A stretch of DNA of 64,000 nucleotides from Eledone cirrhosa (lineage: Eukaryota), in the NCBI GenBank assembly GCA_964016885.1, contig OZ024743.1, positions 116,498,001 to 116,562,000 on the forward strand, written 5' to 3'. Position numbers and translations under genes: made by a program. The notes below the pieces were generated by a model. That model was not told the DNA's origin and searched no databases. It saw only the letters and a program-made list of their open reading frames with translations. Positions 12,935-27,559 of this stretch are shown here, in pieces. Position 1 is the first letter of the stretch. Each line of letters opens with the position of its first letter.

Positions 12935-13768
12935 TTAATTAGGTTTAGAGTATTTAAATGTTTTTCGTATACGGTGATTACAAACTATAATCAGTTCCTG
13001 CCATTTATTCAATAAATACTCCTTAGATTTAGTAATATCCAAGATCTCCCCTGAACATAACCTGCATTCTCTCCTGTTCCCAAATATGGAGTTTTTTGTA
13101 GAATGGTGTTCCACGATAGCTTGAAATCTTTTTTTTTTCTTTTTATAGTTATTTACTTCTTCAGCTAAAGATTGATGGGCATAACAGTCTAATAGATGGG
13201 TTCGAATTAAAATCAAATTTATGGTCCTTCTGGTTGAAGTGCGGGCATTTAGGCGTGAAAGGCTCAGTCATATCTTCAATATGGAATGTTTTTACTATAT
13301 CACATGATATGTTGTTCAAAGATGTCTGTGCGGTGATATTTGCATTCTTATAGTTTTTTCTAAATTCTTTATATATGAACTGGTTATATTTATCGATATC
13401 CATAAGGTACAGATTACCAGTTTTGTCTGAATGGACATGAACCTTGTTTGAATTTTTCAGTTGTAGAAGGGTAGAGTCTAATCCCTTTTGGCATTCAGAT
13501 TTGTGTTTTCTGAACTTTATGTTTATAATCATGTTCTGTAGGGCGTTCTCAAAATTTTCAAGATGAATATTATGAGGAGGATTTTTATATGATTTAAATT
13601 CATAGCGGTAATTCATTTTGTTTGTATTGGTTTTGATGTCAAAATGATAGCTCCTCCATCGCATTCTCCTAATAATTGGTTAGTTTTTTGTATGAGCAAG
13701 AGTAGATATTCATCTTTATGTGGAATTGGAATATTCTTCAACGAGGTACACAAATATTGTTTTTCCAT
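12935..13768 (-). mobile_element. Penelope-like element, internally deleted (N-terminus joined to EN C-terminus)
   Basis: SLKNIPIP, RMRWR, SDKTGNLY and KDHK.DF..NPSIRLL are followed directly by C-terminal CRLC..E...LLNK..EL...CNH. The RT catalytic core is missing. Confidence 0.85.
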
Positions 13769-13861
13769 TGTGATAAAAATTAGATAAAAAAAATTAGATA
13801 AAAAAAAAGAGCTCAACTAAATATTATAATCAATTATGAGAAAATATATAGAAGGAGCAAA

Positions 13862-13920
<59 letters not shown>

Positions 13921-14041
13921 TAAAATAACAGATTAAAGTTTAAGCAAAGAATCGCTGCTTTCACCCTGCTCTACGGTTCTTATATATTTGATATATATTT
14001 ATCCTTATCGAGCCCTCTTTGGAATTTAGTCTTCAAATTTA

Positions 14042-14092
<51 letters not shown>

Positions 14093-14121
14093 CAAATGTT
14101 TAAAATTTGGCTTCGTTTATT

Positions 14122-14176
14122 ACTGCTATATATATTTCGGTGACAGCCATCTTTCGCTGTGACCTCTTCAAGCAGT
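14122..14176 (-). ncRNA. Type I hammerhead (C3U copy)
   Basis: ACTGC-TTGAAGA-GGTCACAGC..GCTGTCACC-GAAA-TATATA-TA-GCAGT. Confidence 0.7.
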
Positions 14177-14969
14177 CCGAATTAGTGTGGTAGAGACGAG
14201 TATACATGTTGTTGAGGTGTTTAACTTTGCCAATACTCTGATATGCCCAGTTCCTGGTTGAGCTGTTGCTTCACTGAGGAACTGCAATCATATGAATTTG
14301 AACAAACGACTTTCAGCATCAAAGGACATCTCCTCTCATTGGTCAGTTGTGAGAACATTCTTCAGTCAAAAGTCTATAGAAATGTGTTCTGAGACAAGGC
14401 AATCTTTAGTGGTTGTTCTTGTTATTGTTAAGTACATCTGACCTCTACTCTTATGTTGGTAGTGGTGTTGGTGTTGGAGTCAGCTAAAAAACATGATAAA
14501 GTGGTAGAAGGAATAAGATGATAAAGGAACAAAATAAAATAATCAAATAAAATGTGTGTGTGTTATACCCAATCTCAATGTTATAAAAATGTGTAAGGTC
14601 ACTCCTCCCATTGGTGACTTTCGAGTGCATTCCTCAGTCAAAAGTCTATAGAAATTCAATAGAAATTCTTTCTGGGGTGAGGCTCCCTGTAGTGTTTGTT
14701 TTTACCATTGTTAAGTACACCTGACCTCTACCCTTATTTTGGTAGTGGTGTTGGTTTTCTGGTCAGCCTATGTCTTGTTGCTGCTGACATTTAGAAGTAT
14801 ATGTGTGTTTTTCTTCATCCATCCTGCCACTATCAGCCGTGGTGGGCGGGGGGGGGGGGTCTGCCATGTATATGAAGAAATAGAAGGCAATAAAATGAAG
14901 AAAACAGAAAATAAATAATAAATAGAAAATAAATGAAAAATTAATAATTAAAATTAATGAAAAATTAAA

Positions 14970-15180
14970 GATGAAAAATGAAAAATGGAAATTGAAAAAC
15001 GAAAAATGAAAAATGAACAATGAAAAATGAAAAATGAAAAATGAAAAATGAAAAATGAAAAATGAAAAATGAAAAATGAAAAATGAAAAATGAAAAATGA
15101 AAAATGAAAAATGAAAAATGAAAAATGAAAAATGAAAAATGAAAAATGAAAAATGAAAAATGAAAAATGAAAATGAAAAG
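14970..15180. repeat. (TGAAAAA)n heptamer array inside the PLE 3' region
   Basis: About 28-30 mostly perfect units. Confidence 0.95.
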
Positions 15181-16522
15181 TGGAAAATAGAAGTGAAGAT
15201 TAAAAATAAAATAAAATTTGTGTGTGCTATAACCAATCTCAAGGTCAGAAATATGTTGGATAAAGTGGTAGAGAAACAATATAGTAAAAGAATAAAACGA
15301 AATAAGATAATCAAATAAATGTGTGTGTGTTATAACCAAACTCAACTTAAATAGAAGGCATTTAAAGTGAAGAAAACAGAAAACAAATGAAAATTCAAGT
15401 AAAATAAAATGTGTGTGTGTTATAAAGATGTTGGCCAAATTAGAAAGGCTGTGTCAGAATCAATCTCTAGGCTATCATGGTGTCTGCTCAGCCTGGGTGG
15501 GTCCCTATGGCTTGAGGGGAGTTCCCAACCTATGGTGTTGTTACTGCCCATATAGCTTGAAGGAAGCCTGACCAAGAGGTGTCTACATGTTCTGTAGAAG
15601 TCCCTATAGATTGAGGGGAGTTCACATCTCAGTGTGTTGCTACTGTCCATATAGTTTGAGGAAGGTACCGGCCTTGAGGTGTCTTCATGTTCCGACGAAG
15701 TCGGTTCTGATGTTTATCAGGCGGCTTCCACCTCTTAGTATCTCGAGAGTCTCGTTCAGAAATAGTTTGCATATGCCAGATCCCCTTTATCGGGTGGTAC
15801 CTTCCTGATTATGGACCTGGCCAGAGAGTACGGGGTCCTGTCCAGCTTAAGCTTCGAGATCAGGTCGGAAAGAGCCGTACTTTTCCTTTTGGTCTCCTCA
15901 TTGAAGGAATGGCGATGGTTATACCAACGGTCTTTAAAGCTCGTTGATGTGGCTCCTATGTAGATTTGTTCGGAGTTGGGGTTTTAATCCTACATCCGTA
16001 TATTAGGTTCTTCTTAAGGCATTCATTACTAAGGGGGCATGTTTCGGGGTTTCTGCAGTTGCAGAAGGTGGTCGACCTCTGCGTGCCTAGTGTGGGGTTC
16101 CCGGAACGTGTTACATGTTGGTCTACACCCGGGCACGGTGGGGGTCCCCGGGTCTGTTATTTATTTTGTTCCTTTACCATCTTATTCCTTCTACCACATT
16201 ACCAATTTGTTTTAGCTGACTCCAACACCAACACCACTACCAACATAAGAGTAGAGGTCAGATGTACTTAACAATAACAAGAACATCCATTACAGATTGC
16301 CTTGCCTCAGATCGAATTTCTATAGACTTTTGACTGAGTAATGTTCTCACAACTGACCAATGAGAGGAGATGTCCTTTGACGCTGAAATTTGTTTGTTTA
16401 AATTCATATGATTCCAGTTCCTCAGTGAAGCAACAACCCAACCAGGAAGTGGGAATATCAGAGTATTGACAAAGTTAAACCCCTCAACAACATGTGTACT
16501 CGTCTCTACCACACTAATTCGG

Positions 16523-16577
16523 ACTGCCTGAAGAGGTTACAGCTAAAGATGGCTGTCACCGAAATATATATAGCAGT
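16523..16577 (+). ncRNA. Type I hammerhead ribozyme, canonical core
   Basis: ACTGC-CTGAAGA-GGTtACAGC taaagatg GCTGTcACC-GAAA-TATATA-TA-GCAGT. Stem I is a perfect 5 bp, stem III is palindromic, and the cleavage triplet is AUA. Confidence 0.85.
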
Positions 16578-16730
16578 ACATCTTTAATAAACGAAGCCAA
16601 ATTTTAAACATTTGATTTATTTATGTTATTTTATTTTACATTACTCCGGAGTAACCAAACCAACCTGCCCACTTCGTCGAGTGCTTCAGTCTGCATACTG
16701 AGTGTGGTATACAACCAACATACACTCAAA

Positions 16731-16827
<97 letters not shown>

Positions 16828-16841
16828 TGTATGTATGTGTG

Positions 16842-16875
<34 letters not shown>

Positions 16876-16881
16876 TGTATG

Positions 16882-16967
<86 letters not shown>

Positions 16968-16979
16968 CATATATGTTTG

Positions 16980-17060
<81 letters not shown>

Positions 17061-17127
17061 ATGCTTATGTGTGTGTATATATGTATATATATATATATAT
17101 ATGTATGTACATGTGTGTATTATTGTT

Positions 17128-17299
17128 GATTGGCAGTATCGGTAGAAGGTGGGACGCCATGCTTTCCAGCATAGTTACGATCTTTAGTTCAAATCCCGCC
17201 GAGGTTGACTTAGGCTTTCATCCTTACGAGGTCGATAAAATAAAGTACCAGTAATGCACTGGTTAATTGCTGGCTTTGTGCCTAAAGTAGAAACAATTA
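17128..17299 (+). mobile_element. SINE family B
   Basis: 'gattggcagtatcggtaga...gttcaaatcccgccgaggttgac...aaagtagaaacaatt'. Confidence 0.85.
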
Positions 17300-17590
17300 T
17301 GTACCTGTATGTATATGTTTGTATATATATATATATATATATATATAAATGTGTTTGTATGTATGTATACGTGTACGCATGTATATATGGATTCCACGCA
17401 TTACCTCTGTTTGATTTTGTTACCGTACCCCTTTTTTTTCCGTATATGATTCTTTGCCTATTTTGATCATGCTTTATTTTTATTTATTATTTATTATATA
17501 TTTTTGTCTTTATTTGTTAATTTTTCATTCGCACCGTTTCCTTTCGCTATACGTCTCTCCACCACTCCCCTACACACCTTTTGAACTCTT

Positions 17591-17622
17591 ACCTGAAGAA
17601 GGGCTTATGCCCGAAACGTCGT
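17591..17622 (+). ncRNA. Minimal hammerhead (classic PLE type)
   Basis: CTGAAGA-A-GGGC ttat GCCC-GAAA-CG-TC with stem III ACGT. Stem I is only 2 bp. AATAAA is at 17659-17664. Confidence 0.7.
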
Positions 17623-17708
17623 CCTCCACCTACCCCCCACTCTCCTGATTGTGAATCTAATAAACTTTTGTCGTACTGCCTCTCTGTTCTGTCCCTGTTC
17701 AATTTTTT

Positions 17709-17755
<47 letters not shown>

Positions 17756-17951
17756 ACCATATTAATTGGACAACGGCTTCTTGATGATTTCTTCCGAATT
17801 AAACAGTTCTAGTCCTGAAAAAGCCTTTTCTATATTAATTATATATATATAATTCATATATGGAGTTAGAAACTCAAAGTTGTCTCTTACAATTAAATTG
17901 GTCAAGAAAAAAAAAATTTCCGGGCAGTGTAATATAATTCAATATAATAAT

Positions 17952-18252
17952 TGTTTCTACTTTAGGCACAAGGCCAGCAAATACCCAGTGCATTACTGGT
18001 ACTTTATTTTATCGACCCCGTAAGGATGAAAGGCAAAGTCAACCTCGGCGGGATTTGAACTCAGATCATAAAGGGACGTAACTATGCTGGAAAGTATGGC
18101 GTCCGACCCTCTACCGATACTGCCAATCCACCGTTCAATATAATAATTGTTTCTACTTTAGGCACAAGGCCAGCAATTACCCAGTGCATTACTGGTACTT
18201 TATTTTATCGACCCCGTAAGGATGAAAGGCAAAGTCAACCTCGGCTGGATTT
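17952..18252 (-). mobile_element. Two tandem SINE B copies sharing a triplicated TSD
   Basis: ttcaatataataat occurs at 17938-17951, 18134-18147 and 18253-18266. Confidence 0.9.
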
Positions 18253-18284
18253 TTCAATATAATAATGAGAGATTAACATAGTTA

Positions 18285-18970
18285 TATACATATATGTGTT
18301 CAAAGGCACAAGATTTGCTAGGCTAAATAGGATATTTACTATGAACTATGCGGCTTGCCAGACTCAATTTAAAAGAATAAATTCAGAAAAAGTACAAAGC
18401 GAAATTGTAAGAACTATCCAGTATATATCCGAACGGTTTTTTGGTAAAACTATACTTTTTCTTAATTTATTCTTTTAAATTTATATTTCGTTGAGCTATT
18501 TAATTGTAAGAGACTACTTTGAGTTTATAACTCAATATATACTTTTGATATATTTCAGCTCCTTGAATTTGTAGAGCTTTTTTAAATGTCGAGTGAACCT
18601 GGCTGCTATTTTTAGTAGCACACGTTTCAAGAGACACGTTAGGCATTGAATGCAACGTGCGTTATTTTAAGCACGCGCCTCATTTAGTCTTCTAAAAAAC
18701 TTAGTCGTCTAAGAAATCTAGAAGTGAAAGGTTTACTAATTCGGTCATCCACTGACGAGCTATTCATTTGGCAACTCCCCTCATTTGATGCGAAACAGTG
18801 TTACCAAAAAACTGTCTGGATGTATACTTGGTTGTTGTTACAATTTCGGTTTGTACTTTTTCTTAATTTATTCTTTTAATTGAGTCTGGCAAACCGTATT
18901 GTTCATAGTTAGTATCCTATTGACCTTAGCGAATCTGGTCCCGTACGATTTGAACACATATATGTATATA
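18285..18970. repeat. Inverted-repeat module with internal hammerhead motif
   Basis: 18285-18450 is the diverged reverse complement of 18798-18970. CTGACGA-GC...GC-GAAA-CAGTG-TT lies at 18752-18802 (+). Confidence 0.75.
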
Positions 18971-19032
18971 TGTGTATATCTCTCTTTATTATATTGAATT
19001 ATATATATATATATATAAATATATACTATATA

Positions 19033-19260
19033 CTAGGCAACCCGTGACCCTTTGGGTCACTTTCACTTAATAATTTTAAAATAATTAAAATGTACATAGA
19101 CATGTATATAATGTAAAATGAAATCGGATATATATAAATATAATTTATGTGTGTGGATGTGTGTGAGTATATGTTTGTGTGTATGTGTATATGCATATAT
19201 ATATATGGGTCAATGTGACCTATATACACTGGTCACATACATATACACAGACATACACAC
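19033..19260 (-). mobile_element. Non-autonomous Helitron 3' end
   Basis: Minus strand has hairpin GTGACCC-AAA-GGGTCAC, then gggttgc-CTAG followed by T. The 5' extent is uncertain. Confidence 0.65.
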
Positions 19261-19270
19261 ATATATATAC

Positions 19271-19330
<60 letters not shown>

Positions 19331-19597
19331 GGAAAAAATTAAACGAAATTTCATTTAACACTCTTAGTACGGCTGTTACTTAAATATAAGTATGTATACG
19401 TACATACATATATGTATACAGACGTACAGTAGTATGTATATATACAAACATGCACACATATATATATATATATATGTACGTATGGATTCACCGAACATTT
19501 ATTATAATGCTCGGTGTGTTTGTAAACAATCATCCCGAATTAAGCCGTACAGTGTCTAGCAACCATTGTTGCTCATTTGTTCAACACTGACAATTGA

Positions 19598-19640
19598 ACG
19601 CTGTACTAGTTTCAAGCTTATTAGCTATCGTCAGCAACGT
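19598..19640 (-). ncRNA. Type I hammerhead, U.U at 10.1-11.1
   Basis: ACGTTG-CTGACGA-T-AGCT aata AGCT-T-GAAA-CTAG-TA-CAGCGT. An inverted copy at 19831-19872 (+) has CTTACGA (G5U). Confidence 0.8.
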
Positions 19641-19872
19641 ATACCTTCCTGCCAGATGGTTGAACGTCTGAAAGTATAAAATGTCCTTATGCACATTAAC
19701 GGCTGAGCAGCCTATTTTGCATATCGAGTGAGTTAATCGGCCGGGGTACCGAAAACGATAAACGGAAAAAATGAAACGAAATTTCATTTCTCACTCTTAG
19801 TACGGCTGTTAACATCTGGCAGGAAGGTATGCGTTGCTTACGATAGCTAATAAGCTTGAAACTAGTACAGCG

Positions 19873-21096
<1,224 letters not shown>

Positions 21097-21887
21097 TAAA
21101 CTGTAATGTTATTCTTTCCCCTGAATATGCCGTTTACAACAACGTTGTGTTAATTAACTCTTTGGAGACAATGATAGACCAGACATGTTTACACTTCAAC
21201 TTATATCATAGTTAAATAGGGAAAAACAGCAAACAGCATCCGATAAAGTTTGTGAGACACGGAGAATATTGTCTATTCCTCTGTTCCCCAGACATCTGTC
21301 TCAATCTCTGCGTTAAATATTATAATATCTTAATGCTAGTGAATAGTTTCTATTATTAATATATTTAATGGTTCTTTTTTACTATGATCTCCAAAGAGCT
21401 ATATAATTATAGAAAAGTGGCCCTATCTATCTCCTAAGTTGCATTGTCTCATACTATTATAATTGGTGTTTGATTAGACGACTGTTGATATAATTAACTT
21501 ACATGTATATATAAGGTCTTTAGGGAAGGAACAGAAAGAGACCACAATTAAATAAGGTTCTCAAAATATATATCAAATAGAAATAACTTCTTCATATCTA
21601 GCGCGTTTTCATTTGGTTCCCGCTCATCATCCACTTTTCTAAAAATGCTAGATTCAACAGTTTTCCAAGAGATGGCAACATGAATGGAGCTATTATTTTT
21701 CTCTAAAAACATGCTTTCCCGATTCCGCCCTGCCCGTCCTTTCAATCTTTCTAGTTTCTCCTTCTTTCTTCTGATCAAAGACTAGCGGCCGAAACATTAA
21801 GACACGTTTCCTGCTATTTCGAGCATTAAACTAATATATTCTTTCCATATACTATAACGATTGTGTTGTTATTTCTGTTTATCTTTT

Positions 21888-22057
<170 letters not shown>

Positions 22058-22070
22058 ACATACATACATA

Positions 22071-23640
22071 CATGGTGGCTGCCACCTCGTTTTCGAGTAC
22101 GGCCACTACTTTATATCCATGTAGGAGAACCCCTACTGATGCGCTGAACGAGTGTGACTTTTTAGTCCATCCAGCGACTTGAAAACTCTGGTACAAACAC
22201 TACACTTGTGACAATTATTGACACAGTGCTGGGCCCATAGTACCATGTGACGACAAGTGCAGAGAGATCTCCAGATATAAAGCAATGCCTGTACCGTGAA
22301 GCTTTTATAGTGAGCAAAGGCACTGCACAAAGCCAGTCCCACTCTCTTAACCAAGATGATATTTTCAAAAAGAAGAACAAGTCAACATCATTGGATACCA
22401 TCAGGGTTGCAGGTGTTATATCAGAGTTTTCCTTCTCCTAGAAATCTGCCTTGACAAAGGCTAAGGGGTCATCCCTCCCGGGGTTTTGGATGACCATTGA
22501 CTCTTAAGAGCTCCTTTTCCCTTTGACAGGTTTTGTTTTTAGTCCTGCAGGATGTCCAAAGTCACCCTCCTCTCCAAGAAGCCTTGGTATGTTTGCCAGT
22601 TTAGTCGCCAACGACCCGACCATGAGACAGGTTGTACTGGGATACATGTTACCAGTAGCACCAAATGGTGACCTGACATAACTACATACATACATACATA
22701 CATACATGTGGTGGTTGCCAACTCGTTTTCGAGTACGGCCACTACTTTATATCCATGTAGGAGAACCCCTACCGATGCGCTGAACGAGTATGACATTTTA
22801 GTCCAGCCAGCGACTTGAAAACTCTGGTACAAACACTACACTTGTGACAATTATTGACACATAGTGCTGGGCCCATGGTACCATGTGACGACAAGTGCAG
22901 AGAGATCTCCAGATATAAAGCAATGCCTGTAGCGTGAAGCTTTTATAGTGAGCAAAGGCACTGCACAAAGCCAGTCCCACTCTCTTAACCAAGATGATAT
23001 TTACAAAATGAAGAACAAGTCAACATCATTGGATATCATCAGGGTTGCAGGTGTTATATCAGAGTTTTCCTTCTCCTAGAATTCTGCCTTGACAAAGGCT
23101 AAGGGGTCATCTCTCCCGGTGATTTTGGATGGCCATTGACTCTTAAGAGCTCCTTTGCCCTTTGACAGGTTTTGTTTTTAGTCCTGCAGGATGTCCAAAG
23201 TAACCCTCCTCACCAAGAAACATTGGTGGGGTTGCCAGTTTAGTCGCCAACGACCCGACCATGAGACATACATGCATACATACATACATACATACATACA
23301 TACATACATACATACATACATACATACATACATACATACATGGTGGCTGCCAACTCGTTTTCGAGTACGGCCACTACTTTATATCCATGTAGGAGAACCC
23401 CTACCGAAGCGCTGCATGAGTGTGACTTTTTAGTCCAGCCAGCGACTTGAAAACTCTGGTACAAACACTACACTTGTGACAATTATTGACACATAGTGCT
23501 GGGCCCATGGTACCATGTGAGGACAAGTGCAGAGAGATCTCCAGATATAAAGCAATGCCTGTGCCGTGAAGCTTTTATAGTGAGCAAAGGCACTGCACAA
23601 AGCCAGTCCCACTCTCTTAACCAAGATGATATTTACCAAA
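22071..23640 (-). mobile_element. Head-to-tail array (about 635-bp unit, 2.5 copies) of an RTE-derived non-autonomous element
   Basis: Each unit has an RTE-type 5' UTR motif TCTAGGAGAAGGAAAACTCTGA, a C-terminal C2H2-like stretch [19 protein letters not shown] and a (TGTA)n tail. Units start near 22071, 22708 and 23340. Confidence 0.7.
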
Positions 23641-24399
23641 AATACATACATACATACATACATACATACATACATACATACATACATACATAGTCTGCAA
23701 ATGTTTGCGATAGCTGGCACCTTCAAAATTTGAAAAACATTCTTGCGATTCAAGCGATGACAATTTCTTTTCTTTTACAACCTTGCAACCAGGAAGGTGG
23801 CCGGTCAATAAAATATACTCGAAATTAAGAGAAAGAGATAATACATATGTATTATACGATGGATCATTTAAGAATGAAACATCATCAAATATTTTTTAAT
23901 ATCATGAACAAACCTAACGCAATTTTGCCCAAAGATTCATATCTAAAATGTTTCATCTATATTGTTTGTTTTGTTTTTTCGTAATTGCTATTCCAACAAG
24001 CGCATTGTGGTTTCTCATTCGGAGAATGAATTATATTAATATGTATGTAAGTATACATTTTTTCTCCCACCTCCTGGTGGAATTATAAGGGCATCATATC
24101 AAAATCTCACACTATCTACGTCTAAAAAAGCCAATTATTTCCTGAGAGGTGAGAGTCTCAGAGAGTGAGCGAGTGAGCGGCGGTGGAACATAGAGGAAGT
24201 ATCGACCCCAGTACAGGTTAAAACATTTATGTAATGGTAGAATTTGAAATAATTATTTTGATTCCGCCCCTCTATAAGGACTCATCAACATATCTCAAAT
24301 CAAACACAAATTAACAAGTGAGTGAACAAATCGGTCATTAGAGAAAATCTGTCTCGATTCGCTCTTCGGATTGCTATATATATATATATATAATTGCAT

Positions 24400-24652
24400 A
24401 TATGAGAGGGATGAACACAGATACAAGTATACATCTGTTCCAATTGCAAAATCAAGTTAGCTAGGTTGAAAAAATACTAATTTAAAACAATATATGCCCG
24501 ATATAGGTTTGTTATTTTTATTGATTTATTACTTTAAATCGTGTAAGGCAAACCATATTGTTTTAAATTAGTAGTTTTTCAACCTAGCTAACTTGGTCAT
24601 TTTCAATTGAAACACATGTATACTTATATCTGTGTTCACCCATCTCATATAT
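24400..24652. repeat. Inverted-repeat module between (TA)n tracts
   Basis: 24400-24492 is the reverse complement of 24556-24652. Confidence 0.85.
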
Positions 24653-24737
24653 CCAATTATATTACACGGCTAGGAAAGATTCCCTTCTATGAGCTATTTA
24701 ATTGTAAAAGACTATTTTGTGTTTCTAACTCAATCTA

Positions 24738-24777
<40 letters not shown>

Positions 24778-24938
24778 TTTTTAAAATAACAGATTAAAGT
24801 TTAAGCAAAGAATCGCTGCTTTCACCCTTAACGGGATCTTCTGAAACTGACAAAGTCAATCTGTAAACGCAGAAGTGGATATTTCAAAAAACGTTGCAAC
24901 CGGAGGAAAACAGGAAGACGATACTTTGGTTCGTGGAA

Positions 24939-25130
24939 ACGTTCCCTGGCAATGAACGGGAAAAAACGAGCATAATACGTCATTAATAGGAGCGGTGAAA
25001 AACAATTACGCGCAAAGACAGAAATGTTTTCTTAGGTGGTTCATAGAGACGTTCTCTGGCAATGAACGGAACAAACGAAGATAATACGTCATATGTGGAC
25101 GTGGAGAACAATTGCACGCTAAGACAAAAC
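24939..25130. repeat. Tandem duplication (about 110-bp period)
   Basis: 'acgttc(c/t)ctggcaatgaacgg..aaacga..ataatacgtcat...aacaatt.c.cgc.aagaca' occurs twice. Confidence 0.75.
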
Positions 25131-25494
25131 CATGTAAATGGTATAGCTGAAGTCGTAGACTAAAATTCTAACAAGGAAACCGAATGAATCTCCGCTTCAG
25201 AGTTACAAATAAAGTAAATAAAATACAATACAGAAGTAATAGAAATTAAATAAATACATACACGCATGCAAATACGTACATACACAAGCATACACGAACA
25301 CACTTGCCATAGGTATACAAAACCACGCACATATAAATATGTGTGTGTGCGTGTATACAAATAAATAAATAATTAAATACACGTATATATATAAATAAAT
25401 ATGTATATAACAAGCACACACACATACCTACATGCAAATACACAAATGTTCGGAGACCCACGTCAACCAAAACATGATGTACACATATACACAC

Positions 25495-25536
<42 letters not shown>

Positions 25537-25830
25537 GGTTTGAAGGTTCACCACTGGATAGAGCTGGTCAATTCCGTATGGTCAATCCTAATGTAATAAT
25601 ATGGAGAGTACTCAACGTAAAGCAGTTCAACCCTCTTAGTTTTTGTAGTTGGTGGTGCTAGTACGGAGTTAAATATTTTAATAAAATGACAGGAGGCTGG
25701 ACTTGTGTAAATCCTTGAAAGGTTTAGTATACTATGATCTAGTGGAAGATGCTAGATGGTCGGTCATCCTCCGGTCTTTGATTTTCAGCCCCATGGATTT
25801 TATCTATTACATTCATTTATTATATTTCGA

Positions 25831-25888
25831 ATACCTGATGATATCACCGGATTCATACGGTACTCGGTCATTGAAATGATCATAGTAT
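25831..25888 (+). ncRNA. Type I hammerhead, U.U at 10.1-11.1
   Basis: ATAC-CTGATGA-T-ATcACCG...CGGTcAT-T-GAAA-TGATCA-TA-GTAT followed directly by AATAAA. An inverted copy of the tail lies at 25680-25740. Confidence 0.75.
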
Positions 25889-25940
25889 AATAAACCTTTC
25901 AGGGATTTACACAACTCGTCCAGCCTCCAGTCATTTATTA

Positions 25941-26043
<103 letters not shown>

Positions 26044-26473
26044 ATAATAAATATCAAGACTAAATTCCCAAGAGTGCTCGATAAGGATTATATATATAAA
26101 ATATATAGAAATATAAAAACCCGTTGAGCAAATAATTATTATAAGAACAGATTAAAGTTTAAGCAAAGAATCACTGCTTTCACACTTAATGGGATCTTCT
26201 GAAACAGTTTCAGAAGATCCTGTCATGGCCGAAAGCAGCGATTATTTGCTAAAAGTTTAAACTGTTCTTATGAGTATTGACGTACGTACGTCAATACTCA
26301 TCTTTTTCCATTTCTCCAAGGGTTCTTAACCCCACTATCAGGCTAAATAATTTCTTTAATTTCTTTAGTCAAAATACGGTGATAACTTACATTTCTAATA
26401 ATTTCAAACCCATTCGCTGTTTCGAAAATATTCGTACTTGACATATATATATATATATATATACACACACACT

Positions 26474-26508
<35 letters not shown>

Positions 26509-26617
26509 TTGATTGAAATAATAAAATAATAAAAAGTTATGATGAAACACGTGTAAATGTTAGGCAATAAAGTTAATTTCCACTCATATGGATTATGGTG
26601 ATTTTAATATTTTTGTA

Positions 26618-26705
<88 letters not shown>

Positions 26706-26756
26706 TATGTGTGTATACGTACATACATATATGTATACAGACGCACAGCAGCATGC

Positions 26757-26787
<31 letters not shown>

Positions 26788-26986
26788 CATACAGGTACAC
26801 ATACATATATGCACGTATCAGTTTAGCGGACGCTTATTATAACGCCGCTTTGTTCGTTTGTAAACAAACTGAACAGCCTGAATTTTATGCGTTGTATACA
26901 TATATGTACGTATACACACATACTTACATTTAAGTAAGTGCCGTACTAAGAGTGAGAAATGAAATTTCGTTTTCATTTTATTTCAA

Positions 26987-27024
<38 letters not shown>

Positions 27025-27134
27025 TACAAAAATATTAAAATCACCATAAACCATATGAGTGGAAATTAACTTTATTGCCTAACATTTACACGTGTTTCAT
27101 CATAACTTTTTATTATTTTATTATTTCAATCAAA
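26509..27134. repeat. Inverted repeat (26509-26622 / 27021-27134) around nested insertions
   Basis: The arms are near-perfect reverse complements and contain the HHR 3' half GAAA-CACGTG-TA. Confidence 0.85.
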
Positions 27135-27559
27135 TTAACTCGCATTCAACTACTTAGATACGTAGTTACAATGAATTTTCAAAGTGGAATGAGAAGGCAA
27201 GTATGAAGTGATAGATTATATGAAAAGCGGAACGAGGAGAGTGAAGAGTAGAAAGGGAAGATAACAAGAGGAAAAAGTAAGGAAGTTAATATACGAATAG
27301 GAGTGGGTAAATGTGATACATGAAAGAAAATTAGAATTCTAGTAGTAGTCATTAGTATCAACGACCCCAACTTCGACAACAACAATAATTATTTATTTCA
27401 ATGTACATTAATCAATCTGACAGCTACATAATCATTATCTGGTAGTATCATACACAGTATTTTTTTAACGAAGTAGGGAGCGTATATATTGTCGTATTAT
27501 AGTAAAAGATTTCTTCTGATAGAATGAGGAAGTGAGTAAATACGTTTTAGGTTCTAATC

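Larger units (their letters stand above)
14088..16622 (-). mobile_element. 5'-truncated PLE (GIY-YIG about 15750-16060) with inverted terminal tails
   Basis: Minus strand gives FCNCRNPETCPLSNECLKKNLIY and IYIGATSTSFKDRWYNHRHSF. 14088-14540 is the reverse complement of 16155-16622. (TA)n lies on both sides. Confidence 0.9.

Noticed and set aside
21768-21802. CTGATCA-AAGACTAGCGGCC-GAAA-CAT-TA
   Set aside because: G8C change and broken stems II and III make it a dead relic.
22071-23640. CRISPR-like or zinc-finger gene array
   Set aside because: The units are about 635-bp retroelement copies with no unique spacers and no open reading frame.
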